Assembly: GCA_963674755.2 (NCBI GenBank)
Contig: CAXXVS010000001.1
Location: 320,001-384,000, forward strand
Source of the DNA: Desulfobacterales bacterium
Lineage (GTDB): Bacteria; Desulfobacterota; Desulfobacteria; Desulfobacterales; UBA5852
Length of the DNA stretch: 64,000 nt
Direction of reading: 5' to 3'
Below are positions 18,476-29,205 of this stretch, in pieces; within the stretch, counting starts at the first letter, position 1; the number at the start of each line of letters is the position of its first letter. The position numbers were made by a program, and so were the translations under genes. The notes below the pieces were generated by a model. It had not been told where the DNA came from. It saw nothing but the letters and a program-made list of their open reading frames with translations, and searched no databases.

Positions 18476-20842
18476 ATGATAAGCGAACGCATACGCCGCC
18501 TGCGGCAGCAAAGCCTCGAAACGCCGGCAACCCTGACGGCCGAACGCGCCCTGCTGGTGACGCGGCTGCTCCAAAGCGGTCGCCTGGAGGGGGACGCCGT
18601 ACCGGTCCGGCGGGCCAAAATATTTCAGTATTTGATGGAAAACAAACAGATCTGCATTTCTCCGGGGGAGCTGATCGTGGGGGAACGGGGGCCGGCCCCC
18701 AAAGCCACACCCACCTATCCGGAGATCTGTCTGCACAGCCTCGATGATCTTCAATTGCTGCACGCGCGCCCCAAGGTCGCCTATGCCTCCGACGAGGCCA
18801 TGCGGCGGGTCTACGCCGAAGAGATCATCCCCTTCTGGCAGGGACGCACCATGCGCGACCGCATGTTTGCCAGCCTGCCCGCTTCATGGAAAGCGGCCTA
18901 TGAAGCCGGGGTTTTCACGGAGTTCCAGGAGCAGCGCTCCCCCGGGCACACGGCTTTGGGGGATATCGTCTACCGCAAGGGGTTTCTGGAGCTCAAGCAG
19001 GAGATTGCCGAAGCCATCGCTGCCCTGGATTTCTTCCGGGACCCGCGGGCCCTGGACAAGCAGGAGCAGTTGCAGGCCATGGACATCGCGGCCGACGCCC
19101 TGATCGCCTTTGCCCGGCGGCACGCCCGGGAACTCAGCCATCTGGCCGCCGCGGCGTCCGATCCCGAACGTAGCGAAGAGCTGCGGCAGATGGCGGCCAT
19201 CTGCCGCAAGGTGCCGGCCCACAAGCCGGAAACCTTCTGGGAAGCCTTGCAGACTTACTGGTTCGTCCATGTGGGGGTCATTACCGAGCTCAATCCCTGG
19301 GATGCCTTCAATCCCGGACGCCTGGACCAGCACCTCTACCCTTTTTATCGGAAAGAGATCGACCACGGCACCCTCACCGCCGAGCGGGCCCGGGAATTGC
19401 TCCAGGCCTTCTGGATCAAGTTCAACAACCATCCGGCGCCGCCCAAGGTTGGCATCACCGCCAAGGAGAGCAATACCTATGTGGACTTTGCCCTGATCAA
19501 CACCGGGGGGCTCACGGCCGAAGGGGACGATGCGGTCAACGAACTGAGCTATCTGATCCTGGACGTGGTGGAGGAGATGCGGCTCCTGCAGCCCAGTGCC
19601 ATGGTCCAGATCAGCAAGAAGACCCCCAACCGCTTCCTGAAACGGGCCCTGCACATCGTCAAGACCGGCTTCGGCCAGCCGTCCATTTTCAATACGGATG
19701 CCATCGTGCAGGAACTGGTGCGCCAGGGCAAGTCCCTGGCCGACGCCCGCTGCGGCGGGGCCAGCGGCTGCGTGGAAAGCGGGGCTTTCGGCCGGGAGTG
19801 CTATATCCTGACCGGCTATTTCAGTCTGCCCAAGATTCTGGAGTTGACCCTGAACAACGGGGTGGACCCCCTGACCGGCCGGCAGATCGGTCTTGCCACG
19901 GGCGCGGCGGCCGGTTTTACTTCTTTCGAGGCGCTGTTCGAGGCTTTCGAGCGCCAATTGACCCATTTCGTGGATATCAAAATCCGGGGCAACAACATCA
20001 TCGAGCGCCTCAACGCCCGGGAAATGCCGGTGCCTTTCCTCTCACTCCTGATCGAGGACTGCATTGCCAACGGCACCGACTACAATGCCGGGGGCGCGCG
20101 CTACAACACCTCTTATATCCAGGGCGTGGGGCTGGGCACGGTCACGGACGGCCTCTCTTCCCTGAAATACAACGTCTTCGAGCGCCGCCTTCTGACCATG
20201 GATGCCATGGGGCAGCTGCTGGCCGGGGATTTTGAAGAGAACGAGGCCCTGCGGCGACAACTGGCGGAGGAGACGCCCCGTTACGGCAATGACGACGACC
20301 GGGCGGATGATATCATGCGGGCCGTCTTCGAAGCCTACTACCGGGCCGTGGACGGCCGTCCCAACACCAAGGGCGGGGTTTACCGCATCAATTTGCTGCC
20401 CACCACGGTGCACGTCTATTTCGGCAGCAAACTGGGCGCCACGCCGGACGGCCGTCAGGCCGGCAAGCCGCTTTCCGAGGGCATCTCACCGGTCCAGGGC
20501 GCGGACCGCCGGGGCCCCACCGCGGTCCTGCAATCCGCCGCCAAGCTGGACCACTTGCGCACCGGGGGAACGTTGTTGAATCAGAAATTTCTGCCCCACA
20601 TCCTGCAGGATGCCACCGGCATCGATCGTCTGGCCCAGCTGGTGCGGACCTACTTCCGGATGGACGGCCACCATATCCAGTTTAACGTGGTGGACGCCGA
20701 GACCCTGCGCAAGGCCCAGCAGGCGCCCGACGACTATCGCGATCTGATCGTGCGCGTGGCCGGGTACAGCGACTATTTCGTGGATCTGACGCCGGAGCTA
20801 CAGGAAGAGATCATTCACCGGACCGCCCACGATGACAGCTGA
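18476..20842 (+). CDS. hypD: trans-4-hydroxy-L-proline dehydratase (glycyl radical enzyme)
   Basis: RVAGYS glycyl loop, SGCVE Cys loop, HypD-type motifs TEFxEQRxPGH, WDAF, PAPPKVGITxKES-TYxDF, LTGY, LPTT. Confidence 0.88.
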   Translation: MISERIRRLRQQSLETPATLTAERALLVTRLLQSGRLEGDAVPVRRAKIFQYLMENKQICISPGELIVGERGPAPKATPTYPEICLHSLDDLQLLHARPKVAYASDEAMRRVYAEEIIPFWQGRTMRDRMFASLPASWKAAYEAGVFTEFQEQRSPGHTALGDIVYRKGFLELKQEIAEAIAALDFFRDPRALDKQEQLQAMDIAADALIAFARRHARELSHLAAAASDPERSEELRQMAAICRKVPAHKPETFWEALQTYWFVHVGVITELNPWDAFNPGRLDQHLYPFYRKEIDHGTLTAERARELLQAFWIKFNNHPAPPKVGITAKESNTYVDFALINTGGLTAEGDDAVNELSYLILDVVEEMRLLQPSAMVQISKKTPNRFLKRALHIVKTGFGQPSIFNTDAIVQELVRQGKSLADARCGGASGCVESGAFGRECYILTGYFSLPKILELTLNNGVDPLTGRQIGLATGAAAGFTSFEALFEAFERQLTHFVDIKIRGNNIIERLNAREMPVPFLSLLIEDCIANGTDYNAGGARYNTSYIQGVGLGTVTDGLSSLKYNVFERRLLTMDAMGQLLAGDFEENEALRRQLAEETPRYGNDDDRADDIMRAVFEAYYRAVDGRPNTKGGVYRINLLPTTVHVYFGSKLGATPDGRQAGKPLSEGISPVQGADRRGPTAVLQSAAKLDHLRTGGTLLNQKFLPHILQDATGIDRLAQLVRTYFRMDGHHIQFNVVDAETLRKAQQAPDDYRDLIVRVAGYSDYFVDLTPELQEEIIHRTAHDDS

Positions 20843-20882
20843 AAGCGCGGCCCCCCGGAGAAAAATGCATCGGGCTTTAAAC

Positions 20883-21029
20883 TAGTGTTCATCCAGAGGT
20901 GGTAGATTTTGGTTCCGGCCAAGGCCGCAGCCGCCTGACGCCCGCAGGCGTAGCACGGCTACGCCGAGGACCGACAGGCGGCGAGAACGCCGGCAGGGGC
21001 CGAAAGATGCCATTTATGGATGAACACTA
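20883..21029 (-). repeat. MITE-like repeat copy 3 with perfect 13-bp TIRs
   Basis: TAGTGTTCATCCA (20883-20895) / TGGATGAACACTA (21017-21029). Confidence 0.9.
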
Positions 21030-21974
21030 TAATAGGATGCTAGCTACGACAATGCCGAACAGGGCCATGGGGAAATAGCTGGCTCGGTTGAAAAGGCGCA
21101 TGGCGTCGGTCTTGCGCCGGGAATCATACAGGATCCAGGCCGGCCAGATAAGCAGGGCCACGCCCATGGCAAGGGTAACCAGGTAGACGACCGGCCCGAA
21201 AGCCGTCTGGGAGAACAGGAACATGGCCAGGGTCGACAGCAGGGCCAGCAGCAGGGCGCCCATGATGATGTCCCGGGTGCGCTGCAGACCGATGGTGACC
21301 GGGATGGTGCGGGCGCCGAAGCGCCGGTCTTCCTCGATGTCGGTCCAGTCGTTGGGGGCGTTCTGTCCCCCGATTTCCCAGAAGAAGATCACCAGGAAGA
21401 GAAACAGCAGGAAGAACGGTGAGGGGCGCGGGTCCACGGCAAACACGGCCGCAATGGAACCGGCCGACTTGACCATGCCGCTGACAAACGACCGGTAGGG
21501 GCTCACCCGCCACAGCAGGCAGTAAACCGTTTCCAGAAGGCAACCCGCGCCGAAGATGAGCAGACAGACGGGGTTGAGCCAATAAGCGCCTATTGCGGCC
21601 AGGGCACCCCACCCGAGGGCCCAGGCGATGCCGGCCGGCAGGCTGATCAGCCCCTGGGCCATGGGATGACGCACCAGCAAGGCGTCCAGGTCGCTGCTGT
21701 GGGCCGCACCCGTGAAGCCCCCGGCCTTTAGTTTGGCCTGGTCGGAGCGGTAGCCGATGATGTCGTTCAGGGCATAGACCGCGGTATAGCCTGCAAAGAC
21801 AGTGATAATCCCCACCAAAGTGACGCCTAAGGAAGGGAATTCCCCCAGCCACAGCAACGCGGCCATGCAGGGGGTTGTCATATCGATGATGCCATGGGGG
21901 GTGCGGGAAAGGGCCCAGTAGAGTTTCAACTTTTCCCGGCCGCGAGTGATGGAAGTCGGCAGTGTCGAGGTCAA
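21027..21974 (-). CDS. UbiA-family prenyltransferase
   Basis: YALNDIIG and PNDWTDIEED Asp-rich motifs, many TMs; TTG start chosen on the RBS (ORF is open to 22028). Confidence 0.85.
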   Translation of the reverse strand: MTSTLPTSITRGREKLKLYWALSRTPHGIIDMTTPCMAALLWLGEFPSLGVTLVGIITVFAGYTAVYALNDIIGYRSDQAKLKAGGFTGAAHSSDLDALLVRHPMAQGLISLPAGIAWALGWGALAAIGAYWLNPVCLLIFGAGCLLETVYCLLWRVSPYRSFVSGMVKSAGSIAAVFAVDPRPSPFFLLFLFLVIFFWEIGGQNAPNDWTDIEEDRRFGARTIPVTIGLQRTRDIIMGALLLALLSTLAMFLFSQTAFGPVVYLVTLAMGVALLIWPAWILYDSRRKTDAMRLFNRASYFPMALFGIVVASILL

Positions 21975-22057
21975 CGGTTTGTCCTGTGGATTGCTGGGAA
22001 TTGGCCAAATGCCGTCCACCCATAGCATGGGGGAGGCCCATCGTCAATTGACGGTCA

Positions 22058-22573
22058 TTACGGAAGAAAAAAAGCCAGGTCTTCGTCAGGGCAGGTCAGG
22101 GCATATTCCAGCACCCAGGAGGCATAACGCCCTTCGGCATAAACGGCCATAACGGCGTTTTTCAATCCTGTCCGGTCGTGGACCGGGCGCGGGGTCAGAA
22201 GGCGGGGGACAAGCAGGGCGTTGATATAGGGAATGGCCGCACGCCGGCAGAAGGCCGCGGCCGGACCGTCGTCGAGCATGACAAATCTTCCGGCCCCTTC
22301 CCCATAAAGATCGATGCATTCGCGCTCGCCGGCATCCAGTCGTTTCAGCGCGGTCGGTGGCTCGGCAGCCGTGCCGTTGCGGTCGCACATGATCAGGCGC
22401 TCTTCCTGCCGCCAGCGGGCGAAGGCCTCGGCGCCGGGATGACCGGGAACGGTCAACTCCCGATAGACCGTAGGACCGATGCCCACCCGGTAGTGATCCA
22501 ATAAAGAGGCCATCCAGTTGGTTTTGAACAACAGGATGGCCGATGAGGCATCGATGAGGAAGGTTTTTTTCAT
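22058..22573 (-). CDS. PIN-domain-like protein
   Basis: FLIDASSAI, LDAGERECI and MLDD acidic motifs. Confidence 0.65.
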   Translation of the reverse strand: MKKTFLIDASSAILLFKTNWMASLLDHYRVGIGPTVYRELTVPGHPGAEAFARWRQEERLIMCDRNGTAAEPPTALKRLDAGERECIDLYGEGAGRFVMLDDGPAAAFCRRAAIPYINALLVPRLLTPRPVHDRTGLKNAVMAVYAEGRYASWVLEYALTCPDEDLAFFLP

Positions 22574-22613
22574 TTCCGGTATCGGCCGATTGCCCCTGGG
22601 GGACCGACGCGCT

Positions 22614-23540
22614 TCAATCAGACAGAAACAGATCGGTGCTGATGTAACGCTCCCCCGTGCTGGGCAGAATGACGACAGTGGTCCGTCCCGCATTTTCCGG
22701 CCGGGCCGCAACCGTCAGCGCCGCCCGGACAGCGGCCCCGGAGGAGATGCCGCAGAGGATGCCCTCCTGTTTGGCGAGCTGCCGGGCCGTGGCAAAGGCG
22801 TCCTCGTTGCTGACGGTCACCACCTCGTCGATCAAAGACGTATCCAGGACTTCCGGAATAAAGCCCGCCCCGATACCCTGGATTTTGTGGGGCCCGGCCG
22901 TTCCCCCGGACAGGACCGGGGAGTCGGCCGGTTCGACGGCGATGGCCCGGAAGGCGGCTTTGCGCGCCTTGAGGGCCTGGCTGATACCGGTAATGGTGCC
23001 GCCTGTGCCCACGCCGGCCACCAGCATGTCCACCTGGCCGTCGGTGTCGGACCAGATCTCCTCGGCCGTGGTTTCACGATGGATGCGGGGGTTGGCCGGG
23101 TTGGCAAACTGATCCGGCATGAAGGCATCCGGGGTGGCCGCCAATATATCCCGGGCTTTTTGGATGGCGCCTTTCATCCCCTCACTGCCGGGGGTCAGCA
23201 CCAACTCGGCCCCCAGGTGGTTGAGCAGTTTGCGGCGTTCCACGCTCATGGTTTCCGGCATGGTGAGGCACAGCCGGTACCCCTTGGCGGCACAGATAAA
23301 GGCCAGGGCGATACCGGTGTTGCCGCTGGTGGGCTCGACGATCAGGCTTTGCGGACCGACGCGGCCCTCGGCCTCGGCCGCCGCGATCATGGCCGCACCG
23401 ATGCGGTCCTTGACGCTTCCCAGGGGGTTGAAGAATTCCAGTTTGGCATAGATGGTCGCGTCGACGCCGGCGGCCGTGCGGTTGAGCTTCACCAACGGTG
23501 TGCGGCCGATGGTATCGGCGATGTGAGAATACAAACGCAT
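22614..23540 (-). CDS. cysK: Cysteine synthase A
   Basis: [12 protein letters not shown] lysine, [22 protein letters not shown]. Confidence 0.96.
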   Translation of the reverse strand: MRLYSHIADTIGRTPLVKLNRTAAGVDATIYAKLEFFNPLGSVKDRIGAAMIAAAEAEGRVGPQSLIVEPTSGNTGIALAFICAAKGYRLCLTMPETMSVERRKLLNHLGAELVLTPGSEGMKGAIQKARDILAATPDAFMPDQFANPANPRIHRETTAEEIWSDTDGQVDMLVAGVGTGGTITGISQALKARKAAFRAIAVEPADSPVLSGGTAGPHKIQGIGAGFIPEVLDTSLIDEVVTVSNEDAFATARQLAKQEGILCGISSGAAVRAALTVAARPENAGRTTVVILPSTGERYISTDLFLSD

Positions 23541-23551
23541 GGTTTCGCCTC

Positions 23552-24502
23552 CTATTTATAGACCAGTTTGGGCGTTTCCAACATGACGCGCGTGTTGGCC
23601 GGCACCGATTCGGTCAGCCAGACGTTGCCGCCGATGACGGCGTTGGCGCCGATGAGCGTATCGCCCCCCAGAATCGTGGCCCCGGAGTAGATAATGACGT
23701 TGTCCTCGATGGTGGGGTGGCGTTTGGCCTGCCGCAGTTCGGAGACCTTTTCGCGCGGCAGGGAGAGGGCGCCCAGGGTAACCCCCTGGTAGATGCGGAC
23801 ATTGTCGCCAATCCGGGTGGTCTCCCCGATGACCACGCCGGTGCCGTGATCGATCACGAAGCATTTGCCGATTTCGGCCCCGGGGTGGATGTCGATGCCG
23901 GTATGGCTGTGGGCATATTCGGTCATGATGCGCGGCAGCAGCGGCACCTTCTGCCGATGGAGCTGATGGGCCAGACGATAGACGGTCAGTGCGTACATGC
24001 CGGGATAGCTGAAAATGATTTCATCGTGGCTTTTGGCCGCCGGATCACCCTCGAAGGCCGCCTGCACGTCGGCGGCCAGGGTTTTACGAAGTTCGGGTAC
24101 CTGCCGCAGAACGTCCAAGGCCACCTGGTAGCCGGTTTCGGTGTGGCGCCGGCAGGGGAGGTTGTGGCGGAAGCACTCATGCTGTACGCTCAGGGCGACC
24201 TGCTGGGAGAGGCTGTCGAAGAAGCGCGATACGGCCTGCCCCAGACTGTAGCGCAGATTCACCGGATCCAGCTTTTCCTTGGAAAAATAGCCGGGGAAGA
24301 CGAGCTCCCGGAACTGGTCGATGATGGAGACCACGGTTTGCCGGGATGGAATCGGATCGAATTCCACATGGGTGAAGCACTTGACGTCGTCGCAGATGTG
24401 AATGATGTCTTCGGCGATGGCCGGAATCTGTTCACGATAGGCGGAAAGTGATTGGGCCTGCCGGGTGCATTCCTGCTTGCGGTCGAGGTCGGCGTCTTTC
24501 AT
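23552..24502 (-). CDS. cysE: Serine O-acetyltransferase (long EpsC type)
   Basis: [31 protein letters not shown]; next to cysK. Confidence 0.93.
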   Translation of the reverse strand: MKDADLDRKQECTRQAQSLSAYREQIPAIAEDIIHICDDVKCFTHVEFDPIPSRQTVVSIIDQFRELVFPGYFSKEKLDPVNLRYSLGQAVSRFFDSLSQQVALSVQHECFRHNLPCRRHTETGYQVALDVLRQVPELRKTLAADVQAAFEGDPAAKSHDEIIFSYPGMYALTVYRLAHQLHRQKVPLLPRIMTEYAHSHTGIDIHPGAEIGKCFVIDHGTGVVIGETTRIGDNVRIYQGVTLGALSLPREKVSELRQAKRHPTIEDNVIIYSGATILGGDTLIGANAVIGGNVWLTESVPANTRVMLETPKLVYK

Positions 24503-24648
24503 GGTGTAGGTTTCCTTCTCAGGCCTTTGTCCCATGTGATTTCCCCTGGTGATAGGCCGGACATACCCGGCAGTATAGGGGTTCAAGGACGATTGTCAAA
24601 CCAAGGGCCTTTCAGGTTCGCCAAAAGTGTCTCCAGGACGAAGGCGCG

Positions 24649-26016
24649 CTAAAGGTCCCGGGCGAGGTCGATCCCGAACCTCTTGATCCGCTTCCAGACC
24701 GTGACGCGGCTGACGCCCAGGAGGCGGGCGGCTTCGGATTGGTTGCCGCCTGCCCGGCGAAGCGCCTCGATAAGGGCCGTGCGCTCGGGGTTGTGCCTGG
24801 GGTTTGCCTGAAGCACCGTGTTGTCGGGCTTCCCTTGCGATGGCATAATGCGGTGGGGCAGATGTTCGGGCCCGATCCAGCCGCTCGGGCAGAGCACGAA
24901 GGCGTATTCGATGGCATTGCGCAGTTCCCGGACGTTTCCCGGCCAGCCATAGTCTAAAAGGGCGTCCAGGGCCTCGGGGGACAGGCCTTCGATCTTCTTG
25001 CCGCTGCGCTGATTGTTGTGGCGGATGAAACTTTGTACCAGCAGGGGAACGTCTTCCATGCGGGCCTGCAACGACGGCATGGTCAGGGGGAAGACATTGA
25101 TCCGGAAAAAGAGATCTTCGCGAAACAGACCCTCGGTGACATGAAGGTCCAGGTTCTTGTTGGTGGCGGATATAATCCGGACGTCCACCGCAATGGGGTG
25201 GTGATCGCCCACCCGCTCGATTTCCTTCTCCTCCAGCACCCGCAGGAGTTTGACCTGGGTGGCCGGGGGGATATCCCCGATTTCGTCCAGGAAAATGGTA
25301 CCGCCGTGGGCCGCTTCGAAGCGCCCCACCCGGGCGCGGTCGGCGCCGGTATAGGCGCCCTTGACGTGGCCGAAGAGTTCGCTCTCCAATAAGTTCTCGT
25401 TCAGGGCGGCGCAGTTGACCTTGATAAACGGGGCATTTTTACGGGGGCCGGCGTCGTGCACGGCCCGGGCGGCGAGTTCCTTGCCCGTTCCGCTGGGGCC
25501 GTGGATCAGCACCGGGGCGTCGCTCTGGGCCACGTTGTCGATGAGTTCGAAGAGGCGCTGCATGGGCGGTGCATGTCCGAGGATGCCGTGGAACCCGTCA
25601 TCCAGATGGCAGGATTGCCGCAGGGATATGATTTCCTGCTGCTGGCGGACGAGTTCGGAGATGTCCGTGAGCGTTTCGATGGCGCCCACCACGTTGCCGT
25701 TGTCGTCCTTCAGAACCGAGGCGTTTTTCATGACAAACAGGGCGCGGCCGCTTTTGTCGGTGATGGTGCACTTCTTGGCGCGGATGCGGTTGTGGGCATA
25801 CAGACTGCACCACTCCCGGCCCTTGCCCCGGCCGAAGATCTGGCAGCCCGAGCAGTTCAGCACACGGCAGTTCCGTCCCACCAGCTCGGCGGCCGAATAG
25901 CCGGTCAATTTTTCGGCGGCCGGGTTGACGTTGAGAATCGTTCCCCGGGCATCCACGACCAGCAGGCCGTCGTGCAGGGTATTGACGATGGTTTCCCAGA
26001 AGCTGGCGATATCCAT
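24649..26016 (-). CDS. PAS-domain sigma54-dependent activator
   Basis: [34 protein letters not shown], Fis-type HTH. Confidence 0.93.
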   Translation of the reverse strand: MDIASFWETIVNTLHDGLLVVDARGTILNVNPAAEKLTGYSAAELVGRNCRVLNCSGCQIFGRGKGREWCSLYAHNRIRAKKCTITDKSGRALFVMKNASVLKDDNGNVVGAIETLTDISELVRQQQEIISLRQSCHLDDGFHGILGHAPPMQRLFELIDNVAQSDAPVLIHGPSGTGKELAARAVHDAGPRKNAPFIKVNCAALNENLLESELFGHVKGAYTGADRARVGRFEAAHGGTIFLDEIGDIPPATQVKLLRVLEEKEIERVGDHHPIAVDVRIISATNKNLDLHVTEGLFREDLFFRINVFPLTMPSLQARMEDVPLLVQSFIRHNNQRSGKKIEGLSPEALDALLDYGWPGNVRELRNAIEYAFVLCPSGWIGPEHLPHRIMPSQGKPDNTVLQANPRHNPERTALIEALRRAGGNQSEAARLLGVSRVTVWKRIKRFGIDLARDL

Positions 26017-26259
26017 TAAGGCAGGCTTCCCAAAGCGTTAATCCGTTAACTTAACAGGTGTTAACATAGGCTTAGCAAATCAGTTTGGCAAGGGGCGCCG
26101 GGACGCGGGAAAGGGGGCGGATGTCATCGCCTGCCAAAAAACCAGATCGTGCTAATATTCTGAAAAATAATACGAATACAGTAGGTTAATGCGGTTCTCC
26201 GAAAACAGAGACCAGACAGGGGGGGCTACCCCCATCGCTGCTCCAGGTAGCGTTTATTT

Positions 26260-26275
26260 TGGCACTATAGTTGCT
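26260..26275 (+). promoter_or_regulatory. sigma54 promoter of the octaheme cytochrome operon
   Basis: Consensus TGGCAC-TATAG-TTGCT; GTTAAC repeats at 26045-26066 as a candidate enhancer. Confidence 0.85.
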
Positions 26276-26390
26276 ACTGTGTACCGTTTCACAAACATGC
26301 TGGCCGATGCCTGACCTTAAAGCATGCATCCACACCCCAGGCGTCGTCGGCAACGATACAGACGGTTACCATCGCAACAGGAGCAGCAAC

Positions 26391-28046
26391 ATGAAATTTT
26401 TGGCAAAGATCGCCGCGGGATGGCTTTGCACCGGCCTGATCATGACGGGCTTGGTCGCCGTTCCGGCGGTTCAGGCCCAGCTCGAGGTGCTCGACGAAAA
26501 CCAGGCCCCCGGCCGCACCATGGCCCGGCAGGCGGTCAAGGAGCGCCAAGTCTGGATCACCGCGGATCACTCCCGGCACGCGATCCTGCAACAGGCGTTC
26601 ACTTCCGGTCCCGAGGTGACGAAGGCTTGTCTGTCCTGTCACGAGCTGGCGGCCGGCCAGTTTCATAAAACTATTCACTGGACCTGGCTGGACCCCAATG
26701 TGCCGCCCGGCGAGCGGATCGGCAAGGCCGGCCATTCCATCAACAATTTTTGTATCAACCTGAATGGGAATGAGCCGCGCTGCACCTCCTGTCATGCCGG
26801 CTACGGCTGGCGCGACAGCCGTTTCAACTTCAACGACGAAGCGGCCGTGGACTGCCTGGTGTGCCACGAGCAGACCGGTACCTACAAGAAATTCCCCACC
26901 GGGGCCGGGTTTCCCGTCCAGGAACCGACCCTCTTCAAGGGCAACCACAAGACCTACAATCCGCCCGACTGGAACAAGGTGGCCCAGAGTGTCGGCCGCC
27001 CTACCCGCGCCAATTGCGGTACCTGCCACTTTAACGGCGGCGGCGGGGACGGCGTGAAACACGGCGATCTGGACTCATCGCTGACCAAACCCAATAAAGC
27101 GCTGGATGTCCACATGGGGATGGACGGGCAGGATTTCGACTGCGTGCGCTGCCACACCACCACCCTGCACAATATCGCCGGCCGGACCTACGCCACCCCG
27201 GCCGCCACCCACCGCAAGAGTCTGATCGAAGACGACCTGGCCTCCAAGATCATGTGCGAATCCTGCCATTCCAGCACGCCCCACAAGCCGGGGGCCAAAG
27301 CCAATGACCATACGGACAAGGTGGCCTGCCAGACCTGCCACATTCCGCAATTCGCCCGGGTCAACCCCACCAAGATGGCCTGGGACTGGTCCCAGGCCGG
27401 GCGCAAGAAGGACGGCAAGCCCTACGCCGAAAAGGGCCCCTACGGCAAGCCCACCTACGACACCAAAAAAGGGACCTTTCGCTGGGAGAAGGATGTCCAG
27501 CCGGCCTATTTCTGGTTCAACGGCGCCATCAATGCCATCACGGCCCGGGACACCATCGATCCTTCCAAGCCGGTCGACATCAACTGGCCGGTGGGCCGTC
27601 GGGCGGATGAAAACGCCCGCATTTTCCCCTTCAAGGTTCATGAAGGCCGGCAGCCCTACGACAAGATCAACAAGAATCTCTTGATACCGAAGCTTTTCGG
27701 CAAGAAGGGGACCGGCGCCTATTGGGCTGAATACGACTGGAAGAAAGCGCTGGGAAACGGCATGCAGGCCGCCGGGCTGTCCTTCAGCGGCGAATACGAC
27801 TTTGTGGACACACGTTATGTCTTCCCCATCACCCACATGGTGGCGCCCAAAGAGGACGCGGTGGCCTGTATCGAATGCCATCGTGCCGACGGGCGCCTGG
27901 CAGGACTGACAGGGTTTTACATGCCGGGCCGGGATCATTTCAAAACCATCAACATCATCGGCTGGGTTCTGGTACTGGGTACCCTGGTGGGCGTTACCCT
28001 TCACGGGCTGGGACGCGCCATCGCCCGCGGCCGCAAGGAGGACTAA
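26391..28046 (+). CDS. Octaheme c-type cytochrome, tetrathionate reductase (OTR) family
   Basis: Eight CxxCH motifs counted, INNFCI, GGGDGVKHGDLD, signal peptide, C-terminal TM anchor. Confidence 0.9.
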   Translation: MKFLAKIAAGWLCTGLIMTGLVAVPAVQAQLEVLDENQAPGRTMARQAVKERQVWITADHSRHAILQQAFTSGPEVTKACLSCHELAAGQFHKTIHWTWLDPNVPPGERIGKAGHSINNFCINLNGNEPRCTSCHAGYGWRDSRFNFNDEAAVDCLVCHEQTGTYKKFPTGAGFPVQEPTLFKGNHKTYNPPDWNKVAQSVGRPTRANCGTCHFNGGGGDGVKHGDLDSSLTKPNKALDVHMGMDGQDFDCVRCHTTTLHNIAGRTYATPAATHRKSLIEDDLASKIMCESCHSSTPHKPGAKANDHTDKVACQTCHIPQFARVNPTKMAWDWSQAGRKKDGKPYAEKGPYGKPTYDTKKGTFRWEKDVQPAYFWFNGAINAITARDTIDPSKPVDINWPVGRRADENARIFPFKVHEGRQPYDKINKNLLIPKLFGKKGTGAYWAEYDWKKALGNGMQAAGLSFSGEYDFVDTRYVFPITHMVAPKEDAVACIECHRADGRLAGLTGFYMPGRDHFKTINIIGWVLVLGTLVGVTLHGLGRAIARGRKED

Positions 28047-28049
28047 GCA

Positions 28050-28736
28050 ATGACGGGCAATCAAATGGTCAATACCTATCTTTATACGCGTTACGAACGG
28101 TTCTGGCACTGGCTGCAGACGGCGCTGATTACGATTTTGCTGGCGACCGGCTTCGAGGTGAACGGACTCTACACCCTGCTGGGCTATAAAACCGCCGTGG
28201 CGGTCCATAATTTCGTGGGCCTGACCTGGCTGATCGCATTCGCCTTCTTCGTTTTCTGGCTGTTCACCACCGGCGAGTGGAAGCAGTACGTGCCCACCAC
28301 CAAAAAGATGTTCACCGTCATTCATTATTACATGTTCGGTATTTTTCGCGGCGACCCCCATCCGGTGCCCAAGCGCAGGGAAGCCAAGCACAACCCGCTG
28401 CAGCGCATCGCCTATCTTTCCGTGGCGGCCTGCCTTCTGCCGATCCAAATGGTTTCGGGGTTTCTCTACTGGAGCTACAATTCCTGGGCGGCCTGGGGGC
28501 TGGATGGGCTGAGCTTGCCGGTCGTGGCGGCCGTGCACATGCTGGGCGCCTTCGGTGTGCTCAGTTTCCTGATCGGCCACGTTTATATGACCACCACCGG
28601 ACATACCCTTTTGGCGCACATCCGGGCTATGATTACCGGCTGGGAGGAAATCCGGGAAGGCGTCGAGCTGGAGGACTGGGAAAAGCGCCCCCGCCAGGGC
28701 CACCCGCCGGCTGAAACGGAAGCCTCTTCGGCCTGA
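28050..28736 (+). CDS. Cytochrome b membrane subunit (PhsC / Ni-hydrogenase b-type)
   Basis: ERFWHWLQ, VHNF, HNPLQR, VHM..GHVY; 4 TMs. Confidence 0.88.
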   Translation: MTGNQMVNTYLYTRYERFWHWLQTALITILLATGFEVNGLYTLLGYKTAVAVHNFVGLTWLIAFAFFVFWLFTTGEWKQYVPTTKKMFTVIHYYMFGIFRGDPHPVPKRREAKHNPLQRIAYLSVAACLLPIQMVSGFLYWSYNSWAAWGLDGLSLPVVAAVHMLGAFGVLSFLIGHVYMTTTGHTLLAHIRAMITGWEEIREGVELEDWEKRPRQGHPPAETEASSA

Positions 28737-29043
28737 TCACGGGCTCCCCGCGATACCTCCGATAGCGCCACGCAACGGCAGGTTATGTCATCCCCTCGCG
28801 CAGCGTCGGTGAAAACCGGCGCTGCGTATTTTTGCCAGCCAAGCGATCCCCACCACCGTCATTGTTCAGGATGCCGATCCCGGGCGGTCGCGCAGCATGC
28901 TCCCCCGATAATGCCGTCCGATCCGGGTTCCGATACACCCCGGTTCCCGTTGATTCAGATTCATCCCCTTTGATTTTTGAGATTGATGCTTAGGGTCTTT
29001 TTGTGGCCGCTTGGACACGATGATGAGCGGCCGGTAACGATTC

Positions 29044-29187
29044 AGTGCACATCCGGAAATGACATCTTTCGGCCCCGGCCTGCGTTCTCGCTCTCTGGGG
29101 AGCCTCGCCGTAGGCCTGCTACGCCTGTGGTTCCCAATTCGTGGCCGCCTTGACGGGAACCGACGTCTACTATTTCTGGACGAACAC
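29044..29187 (+). repeat. MITE-like repeat copy 4
   Basis: AGTGCACATCC ... TGGACGAACAC with the shared core; ends 5 bp before the nifU RBS. Confidence 0.8.
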
Positions 29188-29205
29188 GATTCAGGAGGTG
29201 ACAAT

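Noticed and set aside
18476..20842. Pyruvate formate-lyase or choline TMA-lyase call
   Set aside because: Single-Cys GCVE loop rather than the PFL Cys-Cys pair, and the surrounding motifs fit HypD
22058..22573. PIN-domain gene as a toxin-antitoxin module
   Set aside because: No adjacent antitoxin ORF; it sits between cysK and the UbiA-family gene with host-like composition
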